Below, piece after piece: positions 8,718-17,713 of a DNA stretch of 64,000 nt. The position numbers were made by a program, and so were the translations under genes. This DNA is from Roseibacillus sp. (GTDB taxonomy: Bacteria; Verrucomicrobiota; Verrucomicrobiia; Verrucomicrobiales; Akkermansiaceae), in the NCBI GenBank assembly GCA_051251855.1, contig JBPOGI010000003.1, positions 512,001-576,000 of the forward strand. The letters run 5' to 3'. Below the pieces are notes generated by a model. The model did no database searches, had not been told where the DNA came from, and saw only the letters and a list, made by a program, of their open reading frames with translations. Each line of letters begins with the position of its first letter. Positions within the stretch are counted from its first letter, which is position 1.

Positions 8718-9782
8718 ATGAAATTAAAAACTCTCGTTCTTGCCGGACTGATGCTCTTCGGAAGTCCTCTTCTCGCTAAAACATATCAAGCTCTCACTTT
8801 GGCGGGTGAAGTCTTTGCCGCCGCGGCACCAGTCCAGACGAATCACACTCCTGAGGAGATGGTGGCGGCCGCGGAGAGCTTTCTGAAGTCTTTGACTCCC
8901 GAAGAGCGAGTACAGGCATTGCTTCCTCTCGATGATCCAGAGCGACAGAAATGGACGAATGTTCCAACGAAGGCGGATGATGGCGGTTTACGCTTGGGTG
9001 ATTTGACCAAAGAGCAGCTGGAAGGAGCCAGCGCCTTTCTATCGACGGTGTTGAGCAAGGAGGGTTATTTGATGGCTCGCAATGTGATGCTAGCAGATGA
9101 CCTTTTGTTAAGGTCGAAGGAGCAGGCGAATCGCCGAGGCGGTTTTGGGACCGCTAATTTTTGGATTGCAGTCTTTGGGACGCCATCGAAGACGGAGCCA
9201 TGGGCGGTTCAGTTAGATGGTCATCACATTGCCTTTAACCTGACGATTGTGGGGGAGCAGGTGTCGATGTCGCCTTCGTTCATCGGGACTCAGCCTCATC
9301 GCTTTACTTTGGGAGAGGAAGAAATTGTCCCCATGGGGGCGGAGACGGAAGCTGCCTATGCCCTGATGGCGAGTTTATCTGAAGATCAGAAAAAGGAAGC
9401 GATTCAGGGAAAGAAAAGGGGGCGTATGGAGGCCGGGCCAGGGGCCGATGGCAAAAAGCCAAAGCAGCGAGGATTGTCTTGTGAAACTTTGACTCAAGAG
9501 CAGCGGGGACTTCTTTTGAAGTTGGTATCCTTGTGGATCGACGACTTGCCGAAGAATTCCTATTTTGCCCGTTTGGCTGAAATTGAAGCACAGCTGGATG
9601 AGACGGTATTTCTCTGGCAGGGGCCACATGTGCCGGGTAGTGATGCCTCGTTTCATATTTTCGGGCCAGGTTTGATTATCGAATACGCGGGGCAGAACTT
9701 GGGCGGCGATCCGTTGGACCATTTGCATTCGATCTATCGCGATCCGACGAATGAGTATGGGGTGAAGTGGATCGGAGAGTGA
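8718..9782 (+). CDS. DUF3500 family secreted protein
   Basis: Signal peptide; WTNVP, VFGTPS...W...DGHH, P.FIG.QP, DHLHSIYRDPTNEYG. Confidence 0.85.
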   Translation: MKLKTLVLAGLMLFGSPLLAKTYQALTLAGEVFAAAAPVQTNHTPEEMVAAAESFLKSLTPEERVQALLPLDDPERQKWTNVPTKADDGGLRLGDLTKEQLEGASAFLSTVLSKEGYLMARNVMLADDLLLRSKEQANRRGGFGTANFWIAVFGTPSKTEPWAVQLDGHHIAFNLTIVGEQVSMSPSFIGTQPHRFTLGEEEIVPMGAETEAAYALMASLSEDQKKEAIQGKKRGRMEAGPGADGKKPKQRGLSCETLTQEQRGLLLKLVSLWIDDLPKNSYFARLAEIEAQLDETVFLWQGPHVPGSDASFHIFGPGLIIEYAGQNLGGDPLDHLHSIYRDPTNEYGVKWIGE

Positions 9783-9786
9783 AAGA

Positions 9787-11034
9787 GTGGCATTCAGGAT
9801 TTCATTTTACGTTCTCGCATTGCTCGTCTTCCGAGTGGGATTACTCTCCGCGCAGGGGAAGAACGAAGACGAGCAAAAGGTTCCAGCCTATACTTTGCCA
9901 GCCTTGTTCAGTGAGGATGATGGCTCGACAATAAAGACAGTTGCGGATTGGAATGAGCGTCGTTCGGAGATTTTGGATCTCTTCGCAGGGGATGTCTACG
10001 GGCGGGTTCCAAACAAAGCAAAAAAGGTAAAGTTAGTAGGTGAAGAAGGAACGGTGATTCCTGATTTTCTGAATGGGAAGGCAACCTTGCGCGAAGTGGC
10101 TTTGGTCGCAGAAGGAATTCAGCTGAATCTTCTCCTTGTCCGTCCCAATCACGTTTCGAAGCCGGTGCCTGTTATTCTGGGTCTGAATTTTGAAGGAAAC
10201 CATACTATCCATTCCGATCCGCGGATTTCGCTGACCAAGTCTTGGGTTCCAGCAAGCCGCCAGGGGCATTCTGAGAACAATCAGGCTCGTGACGAAGGCA
10301 GGGGAAAGCATGCGGGACGTTGGCCTATTGAGAGGATTGTGGAGCAGGGGGTTGCCTTCGCCACGATATACTGTGGCGACATCGATCCTGATTTTGACGA
10401 TGGCTTTGGCAACGGAGTTCATGCGGTTTTTGGAAAACCGGCAGCGAACGAATGGGGAACGTTGGCAACGTGGGCCTGGGGTTTGAGTCGGGGACTGGAC
10501 TATCTTTCTGCGAGGAGTGATATCGACGGGCGAGATATTGGAGTCTTTGGTTTTTCGCGTTTGGGAAAGGCTGCTCTGTGGGCGGGTGCTTCCGACCATC
10601 GCTTTGCGTTTGTGATTTCGAATCAATCGGGATGCGGTGGTGCGGCTTTGAGTCGTCGTGCATTTGGAGAGACGGTGTCCCGAATCAACACTGTTTTTCC
10701 TCACTGGTTCGCGGATAGTTTCCTGCAATATAATGATAACGAGGCTTCTTTACCCGTTGATCAGCATCAGCTTTTGGCACTGATTGCGCCGCGACCGGTC
10801 TATATTGCGAGTGCGGTGAAGGACCGGTGGTCGGATCCCAAGGGGGAGTTTCTTTCCGCCAAATTTGCGGAACCCGCCTTCTTACTTTTCGGGAAAGAAG
10901 GTTTGGGAGTGGAAGAGCTTCCCGCCGTTGATCAGTCTGTTGGGAAAACGATTCGTTATCACATTCGGTCTGGGGGACATGGGGTGACTGAATATGATTG
11001 GGAGCAATATCTCAAGTTTGTGAAAGAGGAGTGA
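9787..11034 (+). CDS. CE15 family (glucuronoyl esterase-like) hydrolase
   Basis: VPAYTLP N-terminus, nucleophile motif GFSRLGKAALWAGA, SGCGGAAL, LPVDQHQLLALIAPRP. Confidence 0.9.
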   Translation: MAFRISFYVLALLVFRVGLLSAQGKNEDEQKVPAYTLPALFSEDDGSTIKTVADWNERRSEILDLFAGDVYGRVPNKAKKVKLVGEEGTVIPDFLNGKATLREVALVAEGIQLNLLLVRPNHVSKPVPVILGLNFEGNHTIHSDPRISLTKSWVPASRQGHSENNQARDEGRGKHAGRWPIERIVEQGVAFATIYCGDIDPDFDDGFGNGVHAVFGKPAANEWGTLATWAWGLSRGLDYLSARSDIDGRDIGVFGFSRLGKAALWAGASDHRFAFVISNQSGCGGAALSRRAFGETVSRINTVFPHWFADSFLQYNDNEASLPVDQHQLLALIAPRPVYIASAVKDRWSDPKGEFLSAKFAEPAFLLFGKEGLGVEELPAVDQSVGKTIRYHIRSGGHGVTEYDWEQYLKFVKEE

Positions 11035-11054
11035 ATTGTGATTGAGGCGGGTAT

Positions 11055-13562
11055 CTAGCCAAAGAGGTCCATCTGGGGATTGTTGGCTTGGGGGAGGTTG
11101 TCGTGGGTGTCGCGGGTGTTTTTGGCCTTGGGGTTGGTGGGCTTGTTTGATTTTTCGGGCTTTTGGGAGTTGAGCTCGAGGTGGCTGAGGATTTCGGTGG
11201 CGCGGGCGATGATGGGTTGAGGGAGGCCGGCGAGGCGGGCGACTTGGATACCGTAGCTTTTGTCGGCGGGGCCGGGTTGGATTTTGCGGAGGAAGATGAT
11301 GTCTTCGTTCCACTCGCGGACGGCGACGTTGTGGTTCTCGACCGCTTCTTTGCTGGCGGCGAGGTCACAGAGCTCGTGGTAGTGGGTGGCGAAGAGGGTG
11401 CGCGATTGGGTGCTGTCGTGCAGGTGTTCGGCGACGGCCCAGGCGATGGAGAGTCCGTCGAAGGTGGCGGTGCCGCGGCCGATTTCGTCGAGGATGACGA
11501 GGGAGTCGGCGGTGGCGTTGTTGACGATGAGGGCGGTCTCGTTCATCTCGACCATGAAGGTGGACTGTCCCTGCGAGAGGTCGTCGGAGGCGCCGACGCG
11601 GCAGAAGATTTTGTCGACGAGGCCGATGGTGGCTTTTTCGGCGGGGACGTAGGCTCCGATTTGGGCCATGAGGGTGACGAGGGCGACTTGGCGGATGTAG
11701 GTGGACTTTCCGGCCATGTTGGGGCCGGTGAGGATGTGGAGACGGCCGGTCTCGGGGTCCATGGAGGTGTCGTTGGGAACGAATTTTTCTTCGATGAGAG
11801 TTTGTTCGAGGACGGGGTGGCGCGCGTTGGTGAGGTGGAGGCTGCGGTCGGTGGTGAGGTGGGGGCGGGTGTGTTGGTGGAGTTGCGCAGTCTCGGCAAA
11901 GGAAAGGAGGACGTCGAGGGTGGCGAGGGCGTCGGCGGTTTGCTGCAGAGGGGCGAGGTGCTCGCAGACTTGTTTGCGCAGGTGGACGAAGAGGTCGTAT
12001 TCGAGGGCTTTGGCGCGCTCGTCGGAGCCGAGGATCTTCTGCTCCATCTCCTTGAGGGCGGGGGTGATGTAGCGCTCGGCGTTGGCCATGGTTTGCTTGC
12101 GCTGGTAGTCCTCGGGGACTTTGTCGACTTTGCCTTTCGAGACTTCGAGAAAGTAGCCGAAGACATTGTTGAACTTGATTTTGAGGTTGTCGATGCCGGT
12201 GCGTCTACGTTCGGTTTCTTGCAGTTCGGCGAGCCAGTTCTTTCCTTCGCGGGAGGCGGAGCGAAGTTCGTCGAGCTCGGCGGAGTAGCCGTCGCGAATG
12301 AGGTTTCCGTCTTTGGGTGAGGCCGGTGGTTCGTCTCCGAGGGCGTTGGCGAGGAGTTCGGTGAGTTCGGGGAACTCTTGGATTTGGGTTTTGAGATGGG
12401 AAATTTGAGAGGTGTCTTTTCCTAAGGCCTCGAGGTCTTCGCGAAGAGCTGGGACGCGTTCGAGGGAGGTGGCGAGGGTTTTGAGATCGCGGGGGTTGCC
12501 GCTGCCTTGGGAGAGACGGCCGGTGGTGCGCTCGATGTCGCGAATGTCTTTGAGGGATTCGCGGAGCTTGGAGAGGAGGTAGGGTTCGGCGAGCAGTTGT
12601 TCGACGGTGTCGAGTCTGTCGTTGAGGGTGTCGAGGTCGCGCAGGGGATGGAGGACCCAGTCACGGAGCTTGCGCGCGCCCATGGGGGTGGCGGTGCGGT
12701 CGAGGGTGGCGAGAAGGGTGTGCTGGGTGCCGGAGCGGGATTGCACGAGGTCGAGATTGAGCTGGGAGGCGGTGTCGATGAGGACGTGCTCGCTGTGGTC
12801 GCGCACGGCGAGGGTGGAGAGGTGTTCGCAGTTGCGGCGGAGTTGGTGGACGAGGTAGTGGAGGGCGGCTCCACCGGCGCAGATCGCGGAGGCCATGTCT
12901 GCGCACCCAAAGCCTTTGAGGGACTGCACCTTGAAGTGGTCGAGGAGGGTGTGTTGAGCGGTCTCGTTGAGGAATGCGTAGGCGTCGTAGGGGAAGGAGC
13001 CAGGGAGTTGACCGAGTTGTTGCAGCTGGTCGTCGGGGATGAGGAGTTCGGAGGGAGCGAGGCGGTTGATTTCGTCGCGGAGGAGGTCGAGGTCGGTGAA
13101 TTCGGCGAGGGAGAATTCGCCGGTGGAGTGGTCGGCGCAGGCGAGTCCGTAGCGGAGTTTTTTTCCGGAACCAAATTGGCAGGCGGCGGCGAGGTAGTTG
13201 TGCTTGGTGTCGTCGAGGAGGGTGAGGTCGTCGATGGTGGAGGCTGAGATGATCTGCGCGATTTCGCGTTCGACGAGTTGGCCGGGTTTGGGTTCGGAAG
13301 TTTGTTCGGCTAGGGCGACGCGTTTGCCGGCTTTGACGAGCTTGGCGATGTACCCGGTGGCGGCGTGATGGGGGACTCCGGCCATGGGGATGTCGTGGCG
13401 CTTGGTGAGGGAGATGTTGAGGATGGGTGCGGCGATTTTAGCGTCCTCGAAGAACATTTCGTAAAAGTCACCCAAGCGATACAGGAGTAGGATGTCGTCC
13501 GGGAGGGAGCGACGGATGGCTTGGTACTGGGCCATCATTGGGGTGAGTTTTTTTTCGGGCAT
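11055..13562 (-). CDS. mutS: DNA mismatch repair protein MutS
   Basis: TPMMAQY, GDFYEMF, Walker A TGPNMAGKST, DEIGRGT, FATHYHEL, SYGIQVARLAG, beta-clamp-like QMDLF C-terminus. Confidence 0.99.
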   Translation of the reverse strand: MPEKKLTPMMAQYQAIRRSLPDDILLLYRLGDFYEMFFEDAKIAAPILNISLTKRHDIPMAGVPHHAATGYIAKLVKAGKRVALAEQTSEPKPGQLVEREIAQIISASTIDDLTLLDDTKHNYLAAACQFGSGKKLRYGLACADHSTGEFSLAEFTDLDLLRDEINRLAPSELLIPDDQLQQLGQLPGSFPYDAYAFLNETAQHTLLDHFKVQSLKGFGCADMASAICAGGAALHYLVHQLRRNCEHLSTLAVRDHSEHVLIDTASQLNLDLVQSRSGTQHTLLATLDRTATPMGARKLRDWVLHPLRDLDTLNDRLDTVEQLLAEPYLLSKLRESLKDIRDIERTTGRLSQGSGNPRDLKTLATSLERVPALREDLEALGKDTSQISHLKTQIQEFPELTELLANALGDEPPASPKDGNLIRDGYSAELDELRSASREGKNWLAELQETERRRTGIDNLKIKFNNVFGYFLEVSKGKVDKVPEDYQRKQTMANAERYITPALKEMEQKILGSDERAKALEYDLFVHLRKQVCEHLAPLQQTADALATLDVLLSFAETAQLHQHTRPHLTTDRSLHLTNARHPVLEQTLIEEKFVPNDTSMDPETGRLHILTGPNMAGKSTYIRQVALVTLMAQIGAYVPAEKATIGLVDKIFCRVGASDDLSQGQSTFMVEMNETALIVNNATADSLVILDEIGRGTATFDGLSIAWAVAEHLHDSTQSRTLFATHYHELCDLAASKEAVENHNVAVREWNEDIIFLRKIQPGPADKSYGIQVARLAGLPQPIIARATEILSHLELNSQKPEKSNKPTNPKAKNTRDTHDNLPQANNPQMDLFG

Positions 13563-13572
13563 CTTAAGGTGG

Positions 13573-13615
13573 TTCGTTCAACGCAGAGTCGCAGAGAGCA
13601 CGGAGTTACGCAGAG
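13573..13615 (+). repeat. Left 43-bp inverted repeat flanking the GxxExxY gene
   Basis: TTCGTTCAACGCAGAGTCGCAGAGAGCACGGAGTTACGCAGAG; 39/43 match to the reverse complement of 14053-14095. Confidence 0.95.
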
Positions 13616-13662
13616 TTTTTTTTGAGTTTTTTGAGTCGGGTTTGGATGACTTTTTTGAGTGT

Positions 13663-14040
13663 TTACTCGGGGAGGTTGTTGGCGAGGCGGCGGATGCCGT
13701 CTTTGAGGAGAGGGACGTTAAAGTTAATGAGGAGTCCGAGTGGCTTTTTACTGAGCTTGAGATATGTGAGAATCTGGGCGGTGTGAATGGGGTCGATTTT
13801 TTCTACGGATTTAAGTTCGAGAATGATTTTGTCTTCCACGAGGAGGTCGATTCGATAGGCGTCTTTGACGATGAGGCCTTTGAATTGAATGGGGAGGATG
13901 ACTTGTCGCTCAACTTTTAGGCCTCGCTGTGTGAGTTCATGGAAAAGGCAAGCTTCGTAGGTTTGCTCCAAGAGTCCGGGCCCAAGTTCTCGGTGAACTT
14001 CGATTGCGGCTCCAATAATTATCTGACTCAATTCATTCAT
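13663..14040 (-). CDS. GxxExxY protein (PD-(D/E)XK nuclease superfamily)
   Basis: IIGAAIEVHRELGPGLLEQTYEACL, YRIDLLVE, ILELKS, AQILTYLKL, GLLINFN. Confidence 0.95.
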   Translation of the reverse strand: MNELSQIIIGAAIEVHRELGPGLLEQTYEACLFHELTQRGLKVERQVILPIQFKGLIVKDAYRIDLLVEDKIILELKSVEKIDPIHTAQILTYLKLSKKPLGLLINFNVPLLKDGIRRLANNLPE

Positions 14041-14052
14041 ATCTCAAACAAT

Positions 14053-14095
14053 CTCTGCGAAACTCTGTAATCTCTGCGACTCTGCGTTGAACGAA
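14053..14095 (-). repeat. Right 43-bp inverted repeat flanking the GxxExxY gene
   Basis: Minus strand reads TTCGTTCAACGCAGAGTCGCAGAGATTACAGAGTTTCGCAGAG, ending 12 nt before the ATG. Confidence 0.95.
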
Positions 14096-14100
14096 TTACA

Positions 14101-14997
14101 TTAATACTCCCGATCGAGGAGATGATGGGCGATTTGGTTGAGATGGGTGGCGGCTTGGCCGAATGATTCTAGGGCGGCGAGGGAGAGGTCGGTGAGGCGT
14201 TTGGCTTCGGCTTTGGATTGTTCGAGTCCGAGGATGGCGGGGTAGGTGGATTTGTTGACCGCTTCGTCTTTGCCAGCGGTTTTGCCGAGGGTGGCGGTGT
14301 CGGCGGTGACGTCGAGGATGTCGTCGATGACTTGGAAGGCGAGGCCGAGGTTGTAGCCAAAAGTTGTGAGTGCGCTGAGTTGTTCGGTGCTGGCGTTGGC
14401 GGTCATGGCGCCGAGGCGGATGGAGGTGGTGAGGAGGGCTGCGGTTTTGCGCTCGTGGATGGCGATGAGTTCGTCGTGGCTGAGCAGGGTGTCTTCGCCT
14501 TCGCCTTCGAGGTCGAGGATTTGGCCGCCGATGAGTTGCTTGGATCCGGCGCAGACGGCGAATTCGGTGAGGTAGGATCCGACAGGGAAGCGTTCGGCAG
14601 GTGGGGTGTGGGCGATGAAGTGGAATGCTTCCGCTTGGAGGGCGTCACCAGCGAGGACGGCGATGGCTTCTCCAAAGACCTTATGGGATGTGGGGCGCCC
14701 TCGGCGGAGGTCGTCATCGTCCATGGCTGGGAGATCGTCGTGGACGAGAGAATAGGTGTGAAGAAGTTCGGTGGCGCAGGCTGGGAAAAGAGCGCTGGTT
14801 TCGTCGCCGCCACAGGCTTCGGCGGAGGCGAGGGTGAGGATGGGGCGGAGTCGTTTACCGCCTGCGAAGACGGAGTAGCGCATGGCCTCGTGGATTTTGG
14901 CGGGCTTTTCGAGGTCTGAGGGGAGGTGGGTGTCGAGGTGGGCGTCGATGAGGTCGCGTTTTTGGGCGAGATAGCTTTTGAGGTCTTCGCTTGGCAT
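14101..14997 (-). CDS. ispA: Polyprenyl (farnesyl/geranylgeranyl) diphosphate synthase
   Basis: GGKRLRP, HTYSLVHDDLPAMDDDDLRRG, GLAFQVIDDILD, GKTAGKD. Confidence 0.95.
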   Translation of the reverse strand: MPSEDLKSYLAQKRDLIDAHLDTHLPSDLEKPAKIHEAMRYSVFAGGKRLRPILTLASAEACGGDETSALFPACATELLHTYSLVHDDLPAMDDDDLRRGRPTSHKVFGEAIAVLAGDALQAEAFHFIAHTPPAERFPVGSYLTEFAVCAGSKQLIGGQILDLEGEGEDTLLSHDELIAIHERKTAALLTTSIRLGAMTANASTEQLSALTTFGYNLGLAFQVIDDILDVTADTATLGKTAGKDEAVNKSTYPAILGLEQSKAEAKRLTDLSLAALESFGQAATHLNQIAHHLLDREY

Positions 14998-15140
14998 GAG
15001 GCCTAGAGAGTCGGAATTGTGGCTCTAAGAATCAAGGCTGGGCTTTGTGTTTAAGAGGCCGGAGTCTAGAGTCGAACCGAAGTGGACGGCTCGGAGGGGA
15101 CGGACTTGTGGGGCCGGTCAAAGACCAGCGCTCCCAGTGG

Positions 15141-15482
15141 TTAGCGGAGGGAGAGTTTTTTGGTGAGATGGAGGATGTCTTTTTTGAGGTCGGCGTGGGT
15201 GGCTTCTTTGGCGCGCCAACGGGCGATGAAGACAAGGTGATGGCCGGGGGAGATTTGGTCGCCGATTTCGACAAGGACGGCACGGATGAGGCGGCGGATG
15301 TGGTTGCGCTCGTGGGCTTTTCCGGCCTTTTTGGAGGTGATGAGGGCGTAGCGGAAGTGGTCGAGTCCAGGCTGGGGGAGGGTGGCGAGGACGAGGTGTT
15401 TGCTAGAGGCAGTCTGACCCTTCTCGCGCACTGCTTGGAAGTCAGCGCGGTCGTTGAGGGTGAGTTTGCGAGAAAGCTTCAT
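15141..15482 (-). CDS. rnpA: Ribonuclease P protein component
   Basis: DFQAVREKG, SKKAGKAHERNHIRR (RNR-motif variant); directly downstream of rpmH. Confidence 0.93.
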   Translation of the reverse strand: MKLSRKLTLNDRADFQAVREKGQTASSKHLVLATLPQPGLDHFRYALITSKKAGKAHERNHIRRLIRAVLVEIGDQISPGHHLVFIARWRAKEATHADLKKDILHLTKKLSLR

Positions 15483-15581
15483 GCGACTACGGCGAGTGAG
15501 AGGGCTACGAAAAAACCGGAGCGGTTTGGCCACTCCGGTTCTTTGAAAACTTTAGGAAGCGGAGCGAGTCCGCTGCTGCCG

Positions 15582-15767
15582 TTACTTGGTGTTGTGCTGA
15601 ACGGTGTGGCGCTTGAAGTGAATCTCGGCACCTTTCGGGATGAGACGCTTGCAACCTTTACGGCGGCGCTTGTTGAGAATCTTGCGACCAGCTTTGGTGG
15701 CCATACGGGCGCGGAAGCCGTGCTGGCGCTTGCGGGTACGTTTGGAAGGTTGGTAGGTGCGCTTCAT
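15582..15767 (-). CDS. rpmH: 50S ribosomal protein L34
   Basis: [38 protein letters not shown]. Confidence 0.98.
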   Translation of the reverse strand: MKRTYQPSKRTRKRQHGFRARMATKAGRKILNKRRRKGCKRLIPKGAEIHFKRHTVQHNTK

Positions 15768-15934
15768 GGTGGTCTTTACTTAAAGTGTTGTGCCGGTTGG
15801 CGGATTGACTCGCCTTAGGGGGCGAAAGGGGCGGAAGACTAGTCTTAGGCGACGAGGTGTCAAGACAGGAGAAACACTTGCTTAAAAATATTCCTTCCCC
15901 GTTTCGGCAGGGGCGATTAGTCTCCGCCTGTCTC

Positions 15935-16201
15935 ATGGCGTCCACAAAAACATTTACGGTCAATAATAAGCTTGGAATTCATGCTCGTCCTGCAGCGCAG
16001 TTTGTCAAAATTGCGAGTCGCTTCGATTGCGAAATTCGTGTCGAGAAAGATGAGGAAGAGATTGATGGTAAAAGTATTATGGGTTTAATGATGCTCGCTG
16101 CTGGCCATGGATCTCAGCTTAAGGTAACTGCTGAAGGAAGTGACGAGGAAGAGGCGTTGAAGGCTCTCGAGGAGCTTGTGAATCGTAATTTTGAAGAGTA
16201 A
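15935..16201 (+). CDS. ptsH: Phosphocarrier protein HPr
   Basis: GIHARPAAQFV (His15) and DGKSIMGLMML (Ser46). Confidence 0.97.
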   Translation: MASTKTFTVNNKLGIHARPAAQFVKIASRFDCEIRVEKDEEEIDGKSIMGLMMLAAGHGSQLKVTAEGSDEEEALKALEELVNRNFEE

Positions 16202-16246
16202 TTCTTTGGGGTATTCAGGTGGGATAGCGTTGGGTTAAGTTCTTTT

Positions 16247-17713
16247 GTGAACCGAATCTTTTCTTTTCTGGCCGTCTTTGGCTGTTTCTTTCCTGTTTTT
16301 GGAAAGACGAATTTGGTTTTGATTCTGGCTGATGACTTGGGGTGGGGTGAGTTGGGGTGTTACGGGCAGAGAAAGATTAAGACTCCGAATTTGGATCGCT
16401 TGGCATCTGAAGGGGTTCGGCTGATGCGTCACTATGCGGGGGCACCGGTTTGCGCTCCGTCGCGTTGCGTGCTGTTGACTGGCAAGAGCTTGGCTCGAGC
16501 GGAGATTCGGAGTAACGGGGACTCGGGAAACGGTCGTCAGTTCCCGGGTCAGTGGCCGATTACTGATGAGGCGGTGACGCTTGCGGAGGTTCTTAAGGAG
16601 GCGGGTTATCGCACGGGTGGCTTTGGAAAGTGGGGTTTGGGGCCGACGGATTCGAGTGGCTCGCCGATGCGACAGGGGTTTGATCGCTTTTATGGCTATA
16701 ACTGCCAGCGCAATGCGCACTCCTTCTATCCTCCGTTTCTGGATGACGATGAGGGGGTCGAAATTTTGAATGATCCGGCGGTTCCGGGGCATGCTAAGAA
16801 GCTGGAAGGGGAGGTGAAGGCTGAAGACTATCGAGCAAAAATCTATGCGCCGGATCGAATCTTGGAAGAGGCGTTGGATTTCTTGGATGAAGGAAAAGGG
16901 GAGCCTTTCTTTCTGTATTGTCCCTTTGTGGAGCCGCATGTGGCGATGCATCCTCCTGCTGAGTGGCTTGATCGGTATCCGAGGGAATGGGATGAGGGAA
17001 ATGGAGTTTATCGTGGATTAGGCGGGTATCTGCCACATCCTCGGCCGAGGGCGGGATATGCGGCGATGATTTCTGATCTCGATGAGCATGTGGGTGTTGT
17101 TTTGGCGAAGTTGGAGTCGCTGGGGGTGGTTGAGAATACTTTGGTCGTTTTTACATCGGATAACGGAACGACCCATGGGAGTAAGGATCCTAAGTTTGGT
17201 ATTGGGGGAGTGGATGCTGATTTTTTTAATTCTACCCGAGGTCTCAGGGGATTTAAGGGCTCTGTTTATGAAGGTGGTTTGCGAGTCCCAGCCATAGTTC
17301 GTTGGCCAAGGAAGATTCCGAGAGGTGAGAGTAATGAGACCCCGAGTTACTTTCCGGATTGGTTTGCTACCTTTTGTGCAGCGGCGGGAGTAGTACCTCC
17401 GGAGGATTTGGATGGGGTGAATCTTTTGCCAGAATTGACGGGGCAATCATTAATGCGGGAGAAGCCGATGATTTGGGAGTTCCATGGCTATGGTGGCCAG
17501 GTCGCTGTTATTGACGGCGATTGGAAGGCGGTTTGGGAGAAGTTTTCGCGGAAGGGAAGGGGCTCATCTTGGGCTCTTTACGATCTGGAATCTGATCCGA
17601 GTGAAAAGAAGAACCGAGCAGAAGAATTTCCTGAGAAGTTGAGAAGTCTACAGGAGGCTTGGTCGCGGAATCGTAGCGAGAACCTCCGTTATCAAAAACC
17701 TGCAGTGGATTAG
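16247..17713 (+). CDS. Arylsulfatase (formylglycine-dependent)
   Basis: ILADDLGWG, CAPSR, GKWGLG, FTSDNG, KGSVYEGGLRVP; signal peptide. Confidence 0.95.
   Translation: MNRIFSFLAVFGCFFPVFGKTNLVLILADDLGWGELGCYGQRKIKTPNLDRLASEGVRLMRHYAGAPVCAPSRCVLLTGKSLARAEIRSNGDSGNGRQFPGQWPITDEAVTLAEVLKEAGYRTGGFGKWGLGPTDSSGSPMRQGFDRFYGYNCQRNAHSFYPPFLDDDEGVEILNDPAVPGHAKKLEGEVKAEDYRAKIYAPDRILEEALDFLDEGKGEPFFLYCPFVEPHVAMHPPAEWLDRYPREWDEGNGVYRGLGGYLPHPRPRAGYAAMISDLDEHVGVVLAKLESLGVVENTLVVFTSDNGTTHGSKDPKFGIGGVDADFFNSTRGLRGFKGSVYEGGLRVPAIVRWPRKIPRGESNETPSYFPDWFATFCAAAGVVPPEDLDGVNLLPELTGQSLMREKPMIWEFHGYGGQVAVIDGDWKAVWEKFSRKGRGSSWALYDLESDPSEKKNRAEEFPEKLRSLQEAWSRNRSENLRYQKPAVD

Noticed and set aside
15141..15935. Replication origin near rpmH
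   Set aside because: No dnaA/dnaN, no DnaA-box cluster seen, and no visible skew switch.
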